A DNA stretch of 64,000 nucleotides from the NCBI RefSeq assembly GCF_032191835.1, contig NC_083243.1:50840001-50904000 (forward strand), written 5' to 3'. The stretch is from Heteronotia binoei (Eukaryota). Below, piece after piece: positions 50,601-57,767 of the stretch (positions are counted from its first letter, which is position 1; every line of letters starts with the position of its first letter). The notes under the pieces are model-generated. The model was not told where the DNA came from. It saw only the letters and a program-made list of their open reading frames with translations, and searched no databases. The position numbers and the translations under genes were made by a program.

Positions 50601-53093
50601 AACGGCTGGTTTGAAAAGAAATGAGGGTAGGGGCGTGAAAGAGAGATAATTAGAGCCGACCAATAATAGTGATACTAACACACTTCTTAGCATTCATAGA
50701 GAGCTTTAAAGGAATTCAAATTGTTTCATGTGGATTATCAAAAAAGATAAGACCATAAGGTCAAACTAGTTTGAAACACTTTCTCTGCGTTTTGAAGCAC
50801 TTGCTTTTAGGGCAGCGAATCTGTATTCAAATAATCTCCTGTGGCTGAACATCTCTGTCTTCACCCTAAATGATCCTTATTTTATAACGTTTATTTTATA
50901 ACTGTCATGTTTTCTTGACTATCTGTGATTATAAGCATTAGAACTTTGCTGATTATTGTTTGAAATGTGTGGTTCCTCAGGAGTCCATGTGGGTTTTTAC
51001 ATTCGGTATCATGAGGCACCACTGTATATAAAGGCATGCCATTCTGGACATGCACATGACATTTTGGCAACTGCTATCCTGCACTTTCAGATGTCAGCCC
51101 ACAACCACCCATCTAGCATGGCTGGGCCTTTTGACTCAGAAAACTGCCCCACCACTATCAGCCCCTCCATCGGGAGGCCTTACCTGTCATTATCCACCAG
51201 CAAAGCCAGGAACCCGTAGTCCCAAGCTGCCCTCCGAAGGCAGGAGAAGACCAAGAGGAGGAACTGCAGCAGGAAAGAGAAATTGTGGCCCTCATGTTTT
51301 AAAAGATAACTCATTTAAACCTCTTTTCCTGGTCTTTGTGCTAACAGAAGCCAATGTAGCAGGTAATAAAGGCCCAACTTTATAAGATTTTTTTTTGAGA
51401 ATCAGGTCTAGATTTGCCCTACCTATCCCTCATGCCATCAGTCACACATCACACTGCTGGGAACTTAGTTCTCAAGTATGTAGGTCCTTGATTGTGATTT
51501 AGGACCATGGTGTGGGGGAAAAGGGAGCTTCAGCCTCTCTCCCTGCACTATTTTCCTGACCCAAAACGTACTTTGCACATTTGGCCTATTTGCATATGCA
51601 CAGCTCTCAACTTTGTATATGTGCAGCTCCCCAGTGTAGAATTGTGCTCCCATCAAGGCTGAGAAAATGATGTGGGGGCACAGGCAAAAGCCCTTCTCCC
51701 CATGCCATTGTCCTAATTGCAACCAAACCTCTGTTTGCTCAGGAATGGAGTTCCCAGCAATGTCATCGGTAGCTGATGATGTAAAAGTCAAATCTGGGTT
51801 ATCTGACTTTTTAAAAAAAGTCTCATGTAATTCAGCCCTAATATATGGCAACCATGAAACAAAAGTATAGAGATAACAGGATTCTGCTTCCATATTTTTG
51901 GTATCTACATGTTTCTACAGCAAATGTGCATTCCTCATTTTGCATTTCCTCTTGCATATGGGAGAGGCAGGAAGAAAGGGTGCATAATCTTTCTTATGAG
52001 CAACAATTCTCACTGAAAATATCCTCTCAGTCCCCCATCCCTGCAAGATGGGCTTCATTGGAACTTGGTAGGTAAAAGGAGAAAAACCATCCAGAGAGGT
52101 AGTTGCAAATACAGCAGACTGGAAGGTAGGGGTGAGAAGGGCGAAACACTTTCTGCTCACCAGGTCTCCCCAGCAAATTCCACCCCTCCCAATAATGCAA
52201 CATATAACTTTGGACAAACTTTTAGCAAGAACAAGCATCCTTGGTAGCCACGCAACCTGAACTTTGCAAACTAGTGTCAGGACAACAGCAATTACAGATA
52301 AGATTATTTGTTTGCAACAGGTCAGGTGCTGGTTAAGTCAATTTCAACTTAGTGATGGTCAAAGTTATAATGCAGATTCTACCTCCGCCTTCCCCAAGTT
52401 TTTAAAGACATCATCAAAGCCCCATCTTTTCAGGCAGGCTAATATTTAGTAAGTAAGAGGTTTTATTTTAGTTGTTTTAAAACCTCCTCTTTAAGAATTC
52501 CCCACCACCACTATTTCTCACTTATTTGCATTTTCTTGATGAATATATGTCCAGATATATTGTGACACTAGTTGGATCAAGACAAACAAACAAAGAGCTT
52601 ACAGAGCAGTGTTGAAACCAATCCATTCATTCCCCATTAAAACACTTTCCCCCCAAATACTCAACCACATCTGCACATATGCTCCACACCCTTTGCAGTA
52701 GGGATGCCCCCTTTCCTCTCTGGATCTGAGACATCCTGTCTGTGTGCCTGTGTGACATCAATGCCCCATGACTAATTATTGCTTATCCCACTGACTGATC
52801 CCAGCCATGCCCAATTGTACACAGAGCACTTTGTGGGAGGTGGGTAATAAATGGACAGTAACAATGACCTATTGCTTTGGCTCAGCACCACTCACCAGCC
52901 AGAGGATGAAGTTGAGAGCAAGTACAGTAGGTACCCCACCAAATGGCAGCCCTTGCAAGACTGTGCTACGTGAGCGGGCACTGAAGCACTGCTCTTCTGT
53001 GCTGTTGCTCAGGGTCTCCAGAACGGTGAGAACACTCAAGGAGATGGGGCTCCCATCCCCTGACACAGGATCGTCTATGAGCATGCCGTCCAT
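17073..53093 (-). CDS. TMEM63C: TMEM63C (OSCA/TMEM63 mechano- and osmo-sensitive cation channel); full CDS, 22 coding exons, 830 aa
   Basis: Exons total 2493 nt (831 codons) with consistent phases and GT-AG sites. TMEM63C-diagnostic segments: [65 protein letters not shown]. Convergent with NGB as in human. Confidence 0.95.
17538..17609 (-). CDS. TMEM63C: TMEM63C coding exon 21
   Basis: aagcag|[24 protein letters not shown]|gtaagc; 72 nt; resembles human ...TVFDMEPSSTSSTPTS. Confidence 0.88.
18046..19300 (-). mobile_element. CR1 LINE 3' fragment, interrupted by a hAT element
   Basis: ORF 19027-19278 (...[29 protein letters not shown]) matches the CR1 ORF2 C-terminus; 3' tail acagaatcacagagttggaagg at 18046-18119. 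Confidence 0.85.
18120..19024. mobile_element. hAT-Charlie-type non-autonomous element, 905 bp
   Basis: TIR caggggtgtcaaac / gtttgacatccttg; TSD gcctagag/acctagag (7 of 8, CTAG core); subterminal homology to 42619-43118. Confidence 0.85.
20031..20146 (-). CDS. TMEM63C: TMEM63C coding exon 20
   Basis: ccacag|[40 protein letters not shown]|gtagga; 116 nt. Confidence 0.92.
20465..20838 (+). mobile_element. tRNA-Ala-like SINE split by a 5S SINE
   Basis: Head at 20465-20550; the tail resumes at ~20750 (ccctggggagccactgc...gacaatactgacctt...aaggcagcttcatgtgttc). Confidence 0.7.
20553..20745 (+). mobile_element. 5S-derived SINE with RTE tail
   Basis: gacctggatagcccaggctagcc...ggaagctaag...tagtatttggttgggagaccacc...ggggttgtcataa. 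Confidence 0.75.
21589..21756 (-). CDS. TMEM63C: TMEM63C coding exon 19
   Basis: atacag|[58 protein letters not shown]|gtaggc; 168 nt. Confidence 0.96.
21861..21995 (+). mobile_element. CORE-type SINE, 5' part
   Basis: gagagccaatggggtagagtggctaagag...gggtttgattccgcactcctccacatgaag...gggtgaccttgggcca. Confidence 0.75.
22358..22570 (+). mobile_element. tRNA-Ala-like SINE with CR1-like tail
   Basis: gggctgtggctcagtggtacagc...ccaggttcaatcccc...gagaccctggagagc...aatactgaccttgatagacc. Confidence 0.85.
22577..22682 (-). CDS. TMEM63C: TMEM63C coding exon 18
   Basis: cttcag|[35 protein letters not shown]-g|gtgagt; 106 nt. Confidence 0.96.
22870..23086. mobile_element. hAT MITE, TIR CAGTGTTCCCTCTAAG, TSD GCCACAAC
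   Basis: Perfect 8-bp TSD at 22862-22869 and 23087-23094; near-identical to 35755-35970. Confidence 0.93.
23291..23492 (-). mobile_element. Young CORE-type SINE, 5'-truncated
   Basis: Near-identical to the 3' 200 nt of the 11655 and 57481 copies; (GAA)n tail. Confidence 0.9.
24057..24219 (-). CDS. TMEM63C: TMEM63C coding exon 17 (pore-lining TM6 region)
   Basis: tggtag|[55 protein letters not shown]|gtttgt; 163 nt. Confidence 0.96.
24422..24487 (-). CDS. TMEM63C: TMEM63C coding exon 16
   Basis: tcccag|[24 protein letters not shown]|gtgagt; 66 nt. Confidence 0.95.
25808..25894 (-). CDS. TMEM63C: TMEM63C coding exon 15
   Basis: ttttag|[31 protein letters not shown]|gtacag; 87 nt. Confidence 0.95.
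26363..26469 (-). CDS. TMEM63C: TMEM63C coding exon 14
   Basis: ttacag|[35 protein letters not shown]-ag|gtaact; 107 nt. Confidence 0.96.
26909..27115 (+). mobile_element. CORE-type (Squam3-like) SINE
   Basis: tagtgtagtgtactggctagagcgttggactagg...caggttcaaatcccc...cagcctaacctacctcacag. Confidence 0.8.
27475..27628 (-). CDS. TMEM63C: TMEM63C coding exon 13
   Basis: tcgtag|[52 protein letters not shown]|gtgcac; 154 nt. Confidence 0.95.
28337..28519. mobile_element. hAT-like MITE (TAGGGTTGCCA TIR), old
   Basis: taaggttgcca...tggcaacccta; flanks tgcagtcg/tgcatttc (5 of 8). Confidence 0.55.
29303..29425 (-). CDS. TMEM63C: TMEM63C coding exon 12
   Basis: tctcag|[43 protein letters not shown]|gtaaat; 123 nt. 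Confidence 0.95.
29649..29678. repeat. (CA)15 microsatellite
   Basis: Read directly from the sequence. Confidence 0.95.
29977..30140 (-). mobile_element. CR1 3' end fragment
   Basis: taacataagagaacccatgttggatcaggccagtggctcatccagtcc. Confidence 0.7.
30945..31078 (-). CDS. TMEM63C: TMEM63C coding exon 11
   Basis: tgttag|[44 protein letters not shown]-ac|gtgagc; 134 nt. Confidence 0.95.
32118..32300. mobile_element. Palindromic hAT-like MITE, 183 bp, TIR CAGGGC(T)n
   Basis: Long inverted arms tagcaggaactcctttgcatattaggc...tagccaatc; no TSD recognised. Confidence 0.85.
33278..33495 (-). mobile_element. 5S-derived SINE with RTE tail
   Basis: gctgtcaagtcacag...cagaggtggtttgccattgcctgcc...ggtggtctcctattcaaatacc...ctatccaggtcagg. 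Confidence 0.8.
34131..34251 (-). CDS. TMEM63C: TMEM63C coding exon 10
   Basis: tcacag|[41 protein letters not shown]|gtagga; 121 nt. Not shown in the ORF track. Confidence 0.95.
35483..36830 (-). mobile_element. L2-clade LINE, 5'-truncated, disrupted ORF2
   Basis: ORF 35946-36494 ([20 protein letters not shown]...[13 protein letters not shown]...[15 protein letters not shown]) and ORF 36564-36827 ([11 protein letters not shown]...VRSLGVILD); (TTTA)n tail. Confidence 0.92.
35755..35970. mobile_element. hAT MITE inside the L2, TSD GTCCAGAT
   Basis: TIR cagtgttccctcta / tagagggaacactg; perfect TSD at 35747-35754 and 35971-35978. Confidence 0.95.
37617..37697 (-). CDS. TMEM63C: TMEM63C coding exon 9
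   Basis: ttacag|[29 protein letters not shown]|gtgggt; 81 nt. Confidence 0.95.
37857..38240 (-). mobile_element. CORE-type SINE interrupted by a palindromic MITE
   Basis: Tail and CORE at 37857-37990; head resumes at ~38140 and ends ctactacaccacactggcc. Confidence 0.65.
37990..38138. mobile_element. Imperfect palindromic MITE (Harbinger-like ends; superfamily uncertain)
   Basis: gtgcttccacat...ataatgcagtttcaatcc...ggattgaaagtgcattat...tgtgaaagccc. Confidence 0.6.
39055..39125. mobile_element. Penelope-like terminal fragment, inverted junction
   Basis: cttcttcagatac (reverse of GTATCTGAAGAAG) joined to aaattttgtt...taaggtgctactggactctt. Confidence 0.5.
39384..39457 (-). CDS. TMEM63C: TMEM63C coding exon 8
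   Basis: cctcag|[24 protein letters not shown]-ca|gtaagt; 74 nt. Confidence 0.95.
39640..39972. mobile_element. DNA transposon remnant
   Basis: cccatagaattggaccctctggtccaatctttttgaaac module, a CCGAAT-like array and terminal cacacccctag. Confidence 0.5.
40656..40764 (-). CDS. TMEM63C: TMEM63C coding exon 7
   Basis: ttgcag|[37 protein letters not shown]|gtagga; 109 nt. Confidence 0.95.
41474..41525 (-). CDS. TMEM63C: TMEM63C coding exon 6
   Basis: tttcag|[20 protein letters not shown]|gtatgt; 52 nt; contains the conserved FGRTTIAN motif. Confidence 0.93.
42619..43118. mobile_element. hAT-Charlie-type MITE, 500 bp, TSD CTCTAGGA
   Basis: caggggtgtcaaac...tacccctg; perfect TSD at 42611-42618 and 43119-43126. 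Confidence 0.92.
43656..43798 (-). CDS. TMEM63C: TMEM63C coding exon 5
   Basis: cataag|[49 protein letters not shown]|gtatgt; 143 nt. Confidence 0.95.
44561..44725 (+). mobile_element. CORE-type SINE
   Basis: gagaggtcagtgcggtgtagtga...gggttcaagtcccc...ctgcactttggagaaagcaataaat. Confidence 0.65.
45309..45346 (-). CDS. TMEM63C: TMEM63C coding exon 4
   Basis: ttctag|[12 protein letters not shown]-aa|gtgagt; 38 nt. Confidence 0.93.
46177..46264 (-). CDS. TMEM63C: TMEM63C coding exon 3
   Basis: gtgaag|[30 protein letters not shown]|gtgagt; 88 nt. Confidence 0.92.
47001..47165 (+). mobile_element. tRNA-Ala-like SINE
   Basis: aaggggctatggc...gaaggtcccaggttcaa...ctccagttaaaaggatcagg. Confidence 0.75.
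47167..48070 (-). mobile_element. CR1 LINE, 5'-truncated
   Basis: ORF pieces [24 protein letters not shown] and [16 protein letters not shown]; 3' end ataagaacataagaagagccctgctggatcagaccag. Confidence 0.9.
49468..49680 (+). mobile_element. tRNA-Ala-like SINE with CR1-like tail
   Basis: catggctcagaggcaaagcatctgc...gttcaatcc...gacaatactgatcctgatggatc...cagtataaggcagcatcatgt. Confidence 0.8.
51184..51263 (-). CDS. TMEM63C: TMEM63C coding exon 2
   Basis: ctgcag|[26 protein letters not shown]-ag|gtaagg; 80 nt. Confidence 0.95.
52896..53093 (-). CDS. TMEM63C: TMEM63C coding exon 1 (exon acceptor at 53138; ATG 53093)
   Basis: MDGMLIDD...[37 protein letters not shown]|gtgagt. The start codon is inferred as the first in-frame ATG. 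Confidence 0.88.
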
Positions 53094-53596
53094 TGGTGAT
53101 GCTGGTGGTCTTCTTGGGTGTTTCACTCCATAAAATACCTGGATGGAGTTAGAAGATAGAGGAGCAGAGCAGAAGGGATCTCAGAAAGCTCAAGCCAAGG
53201 TGGCCATCATTCTTATTCCAGCACTCAATTTAAGCAGCAGAAAATGCTGCAAGGTTTGAAGAAGGAAGCAAGAAAAGCTCAATGCATAAATGGAGCTGGC
53301 TTAGACTGAGAAGTGGCTGAATAAAGCCTGTCCCTGCCTCCTGGTTCTGGTATTCTGAGGAGGTCCCCCATCAAAGAACTTGCCAGAGTTGACCCTGCTC
53401 AGATTCTGAGATCTGGCTTGCCTGGATCAGCCAGGTCAGGACAGGTTGCTTCTCTTTTGTGCGGCTTACTGCCAGTCTCAAAGCCAAGACTGGAGAAGCC
53501 TCTGGGGGAAAAGCTTGGGGGCAAAATGTGTGTGGGCATGAAAACGCACTTCCCCTTCCCTTTTCCCACTTGAAGTTGTTCCCTTCCCCGTTGTGA

Positions 53597-53930
53597 TTTA
53601 TTTATTTAGGTAGATTTATATTCTGCCCTTTCCCATAATGGGCTCAAAGTGGATTACATACATAATAAAAACAGTTAAAATCCAACAATAAAATAATATA
53701 CAATCAAAACAGCACAGCTTAATAAATATAACATAGGCAGAGCGGGCACATTTTGCAGATTAAAACATAAATATCGGCCCGAATATAATAGTCCAGATGA
53801 TGAGTCATTGTAGGGGAGGACAATAGATGGTATAGGCAGTGGAGAAAGGACGCCTGCTTGCCTCATGAAGAGAGATGATGAAGAGAGATGGTGTTGCTGA
53901 TTGGGCAGAGTGTCAGACTGCAATTCAGGG
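53597..53930 (-). mobile_element. L2 3' fragment, degenerate (probably continues to ~54370 past a SINE)
   Basis: tttatttatttagg...ttctgccctttccc...gggctcaaagtggattaca tail, similar to 35483. Confidence 0.55.
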
Positions 53931-53934
53931 ACAG

Positions 53935-54115
53935 CTGGGTCCAGATCCCTAGTCTGCTGTGACTAGAGACTGGGTGACTCTAGGCCAGCCATTTTCTCTC
54001 AGCCCAAGCTACCTCATAGAGTTGTTTGAGGACAAAAAAGGGGGGGGGGACACAATGCACAAAGCTGAGTTCCTTGGAGGATAACCTGGACAGGATGAAA
54101 AATAATAACAAATAT
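53935..54115 (+). mobile_element. CORE-type SINE
   Basis: ctgggtgactctaggccagcc...ctctcagccc...ctacctcatagagttgtttgagg...ccttggagga. Confidence 0.65.
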
Positions 54116-55161
54116 CTAGTCAGCCACACAGGTCTGCTGCTGTTCAAGACTGCCTGGACCCAGAGGCTACTGCGAAGACAGAACACCACATTACTCAGGC
54201 TGGATCAAGCACCACCCTTCAATTGGGCAAAGTCAACCACTGCCTGTCCACATGCATTCTCTGGCTTGCCTGATGAGGTAGGAAGGCTCCCATTCTCTGG
54301 GCTGTCTGCAAATTACACAAAACTAAATTATTCAAGAGCAGTTTTTTAGCATGCTGTCTGATGTTATAAGTATGACCCAACAATGCAATTCCTGCAGTGT
54401 TTGATGTTGCCATGTAATTGCTTATGCTTTTTGGTTTCAGTTTGGTTTCAGCTCTGTGATCAGACTTCTGCAATCCAAACCTTTGGTGTGTCATTTACTG
54501 GATGTTCAGTTTCTGTTGATTTAAGCTGTCATGTGCTGTATAACGCCCCCCCTTGAGTCTCAGTAGAAACATAGGCTATAAATGTTGTAAATAAGTAAAA
54601 TAAATACATAAAATCAGCAAGCCAGTTTTGTTTTTCTATCAGATCTCTACAGCCCCCTTAGCTGTCACTATTCAGAAAGATGCAAAGATTCTGGCTGCAG
54701 AGAACTCACAGCATTAACACAACACATCCATCTTTGTACATAGCAGAACGTGCAGGTTTATGCATACCTGAGAAGGGTCATTCCCTGTTTCCAATTCAGT
54801 CCCAGAAGCTGGGATCAGCTACTGTCATTATGGAGCAGTCTGTCCAAGGCACTACGAAAAAACTAAAACCAAAACAATGATTAGTCACTGAGATCTGCAA
54901 GTGCCCAGCATCAAGATATGGAAGAATCTAGTGAATCTAGTCCTGTTGCACAACACCATCCCTCAAAAAACAAACTGTTGTAAGAAGCAGAAATGTCATT
55001 TTAGGCCTTCAGACCATCTCCTCTTGGCAGTCTAACAGCATGATCATATCATTCAGTATTATGGAGCACTGGCAGCCTCTGCATTATTAAAGGCCAGCAA
55101 GGGTTTGTACTGAATTCTAAACTTTTCTTTGTTGCTAATATTTTTAGACCAACCTAAAGCA

Positions 55162-55348
55162 GACCTGGACAGCCCCAGGCTAGCATGAATTCATCACATC
55201 TTGGAGCTAAGCAGAGTTGGTCCTGGTTAGTATTTGGACAGGAGACAGCCAAGGAAGTCCAGGGTCAAGACCTAGGTTATGGCAACCCCCCTCCAAACAT
55301 CTCTTGCCTTGAAACACAGCTGTGACTTGGCGGCAAACAACAAAAAAG
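55162..55348 (+). mobile_element. 5S-derived SINE with RTE tail
   Basis: gacctggacagccccaggctagc...gagctaagcag...cctggttagtatttggacaggagac...cagctgtgacttggcggca. Confidence 0.8.
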
Positions 55349-55425
55349 CAGACACAGAAGTGAACTATATGCTAGACTTCCATTTCCCTCTTTTTCATTT
55401 CACATGGCCAGCCATGTTTGTCTTA

Positions 55426-56053
55426 AGTAGTAAAAGAACATTTGAGTCTAGTAGCTCTTTAAAGTGATATACCGAGTCCGGTACAAGGTGCTGGTTATTA
55501 CCTTTAAAGCCCTATATGGCCTGGGACCTGCCTACCTGAAGGACCGTCTCTCCCCACATGTTCCCCAGAGAGCACTGAGGTCAGGAACACAAAATCTCCT
55601 CATTATCCCTGGGCCAAAAGAAGCCCGTCTGAAAGCCACCAGAGAAAGGGCTTTCTCCGTTATGGCCCCCGTATGGTGGAATCAGCTGCCGGAAGAGGTG
55701 AGGGCCCTGCGGGACTTGGCGCAGTTCCGCAGGGCCTGTAAGACGACCCTCTTCCGGCTAGCCTATACCTAGCCTATATTTAGCTAGGATAACAACTTGA
55801 TGTAACTGGCCAGCCATCTGTTTACAGGAAACTGAATTACTCTGTTTTAAGGTTTTAACTGTTTAAATATTTAATTGTTTTATGCTTGAAATTGTTTAAA
55901 TTTTATGTTTGATTAACTGTTGGAAGCCGCCCTGAGCCATTCGTGGGAAGGACGGGATATAAATCCCGAATAAATAATAAATAAATAAATAAAGACCAAC
56001 AACATTTTCCAGGGTATAAGCTTTCATGAGTCAATGTTCACTTTGTCAGCTAC
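55426..56053 (-). mobile_element. Penelope-like terminal repeat with a decayed hammerhead motif, split by an L2 (pieces 55426-55464 and 55994-56053)
   Basis: The two halves join to gagtctagtagctctttaaag|accaac...gtataagctttcatgagtc, homologous to 59410-59507 and 63965-64000. Confidence 0.65.
55465..55993 (+). mobile_element. L2 LINE 3' end, fairly intact
   Basis: ORF YRVRYKVLVITFKALYGLGPAYLKDRL...RAFSVMAPVWWNQLP...FRRACKTTLFRLAY*, 3' UTR and (TAAA)n tail. Confidence 0.92.
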
Positions 56054-56617
56054 CTGGGAAAATTACCTGTTAGTCTTTAATTTTGTTCTCTCTCTCTCTG
56101 AAGTTTGCTTAAGAAAGTTAACATTTTTGTTTACACAGGAGATAGGGTGATACGTCAAACTGAACTGCACAGGCAAAAGCAGGGAAGGTACCCTGATGGG
56201 AAATTTCTTTTAAAAGGTGTATTCTCACCACTACCCATATCTAAAACCTGATCCTGTGTATGTTCTCTATAAAGTAGGTCCACAGAGTTCAACAGGGCTT
56301 GCTCCCAAGCAATGGTGCAAAGGACTGCACTGTTCTCTATGTGAAATGCTCAAATACATACCCTACTTAAAACAAAGTAAGAACAATACATATCCTGTAC
56401 ACAGTCCTGAGTGCTTCTGTTCCATAGCAGGACCTCCTATTGTTAAATTCAACCAGAGTGAAACTATATACACAGGGACATGATTGCACATGCACAACTG
56501 AAAATCTCAGGCCCTGCATTTCCACTCTATAAATTGCTTGCTGTGGACCTTGTAAGTGCCAGGCACATTTCCTGCCTTCTATATTCCGGCCATGAAAGCC
56601 TGTCAGCCACTCATGGT

Positions 56618-56781
56618 CAGGGATGGCCCTGCGACTACACAAACTAGGCAATTGCCTAGGGTGCTGGCCTTCTGGGGGTACCAAATTGGGTGCCCCCTTT
56701 GTCTCAATGATGCTATCAGTGTGGGGGCAGGGCCAGAAATTCACCTTGCCTAGGCTGCCAAACAATCTAGGGCTGGCCCTG
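56618..56781. mobile_element. hAT MITE, TIR CAGGG(C)CGGCCCT-like, TSD CTCATGGT
   Basis: Perfect TSD at 56610-56617 and 56782-56789. Confidence 0.88.
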
Positions 56782-56975
56782 CTCATGGTGTAGTGGTATA
56801 GAATCTACTTTGCATGCAGAAGGTCCCAGGTTCAATTCCTGGCATCCCCAGATGAAAAAGGATCACATGATAGGTGACCAAAGGCCCTGAGTTGACAGCT
56901 GCCAGCAGAGCAGACAATACTGACCTTGACAGATCAATGGTGTGACTCAGTATAAGGCAGCTTCACATATTCATG
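56782..56975 (+). mobile_element. tRNA-Ala-like SINE, 5' end hit by a MITE
   Basis: gtagtggtatagaatctactttgcatgcagaaggtcccaggttcaattcc...cagtataaggcagcttcac. Confidence 0.8.
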
Positions 56976-57480
56976 TAATTGTTCAATCAAGTGAATTTAG
57001 TCAGCCTTAAAGAAAGCCAAGGAGAAAACAACAGGCTTCAAGACCACCAGCAGTTTTTTCAAACCTACTTAATAACACTAATTTGAATCCTTTTCTGTTC
57101 TATTGCAAGAGGGGAAGGATTTTAAAAGCATTTTCAGTAGGGAAAGCAGTCAAGGTGGGGGGCAGTAAAGTTTAATGGTACGTAGACTGAAAGAAATGAC
57201 AGCATAGGAACAGAACACAGAATTACCTTTCCAGACAATTGTTTAATTGTGCAATAAAGATGGGTGATGGAGGGCAAGCAATGTTGCCTGAAAGGAATCT
57301 GAATGCCCAGCTCCAGAGGTATAGAATACAGATGATAATCTGGTGAACATTTCTGCCCGGTTCAAAGATTTGCTGCTTCCTTATAAAGCCACCCCTAGAG
57401 CAAGGGGTCTGTAACCTTTTACAATTAAAGAGTCAAACTACATTAAAATTCAGAGCAACATCTCAATTGACTGACATTAA

Positions 57481-57767
57481 GGAGAGCCAGTTTGGTGTAG
57501 TGGTTAAGTGTGCGGACTCTTATCTGGGAGAACCGGGTTTGATTCCCCACTCCTCCACTTGCACCTGCTAGCATGGCCTTGGGTCAGCCATAGCTCTGGC
57601 AGAGGTTGTCCTTGAAAGGGCAGCTGCTGTGAGAGCCCTCTCCAGCCCCACCCACCTCACAGGGTGTCTGTTGTGGGGGAGGAAGGTAAAGGAGATTGTG
57701 AGCCGCTCTGAGACTCTTCGGAGTGGAGGGTGAGATATAAATCCAATATCATCTTCTTCTTCTTCTT
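57481..57767 (+). mobile_element. Young full-length CORE-type SINE
   Basis: Intact box A (tggtgtagtggttaag) and box B (gggtttgattccc), L2-like tail, (TCT)n end. Confidence 0.9.

Noticed and set aside
17073-53093. Calling the gene TMEM63B
   Set aside because: NGB synteny, TMEM63C-specific loops and C-tail, and no recognisable TMEM63B-type insert (RLRRQERDRVEQE) after WDYG.
56014-56053. Catalytically active hammerhead in the window
   Set aside because: Every copy found has core mutations (G8->A here; a deletion and G12->A at 59410). Other GAAAGC hits lack the CUGANGA box and stem II.
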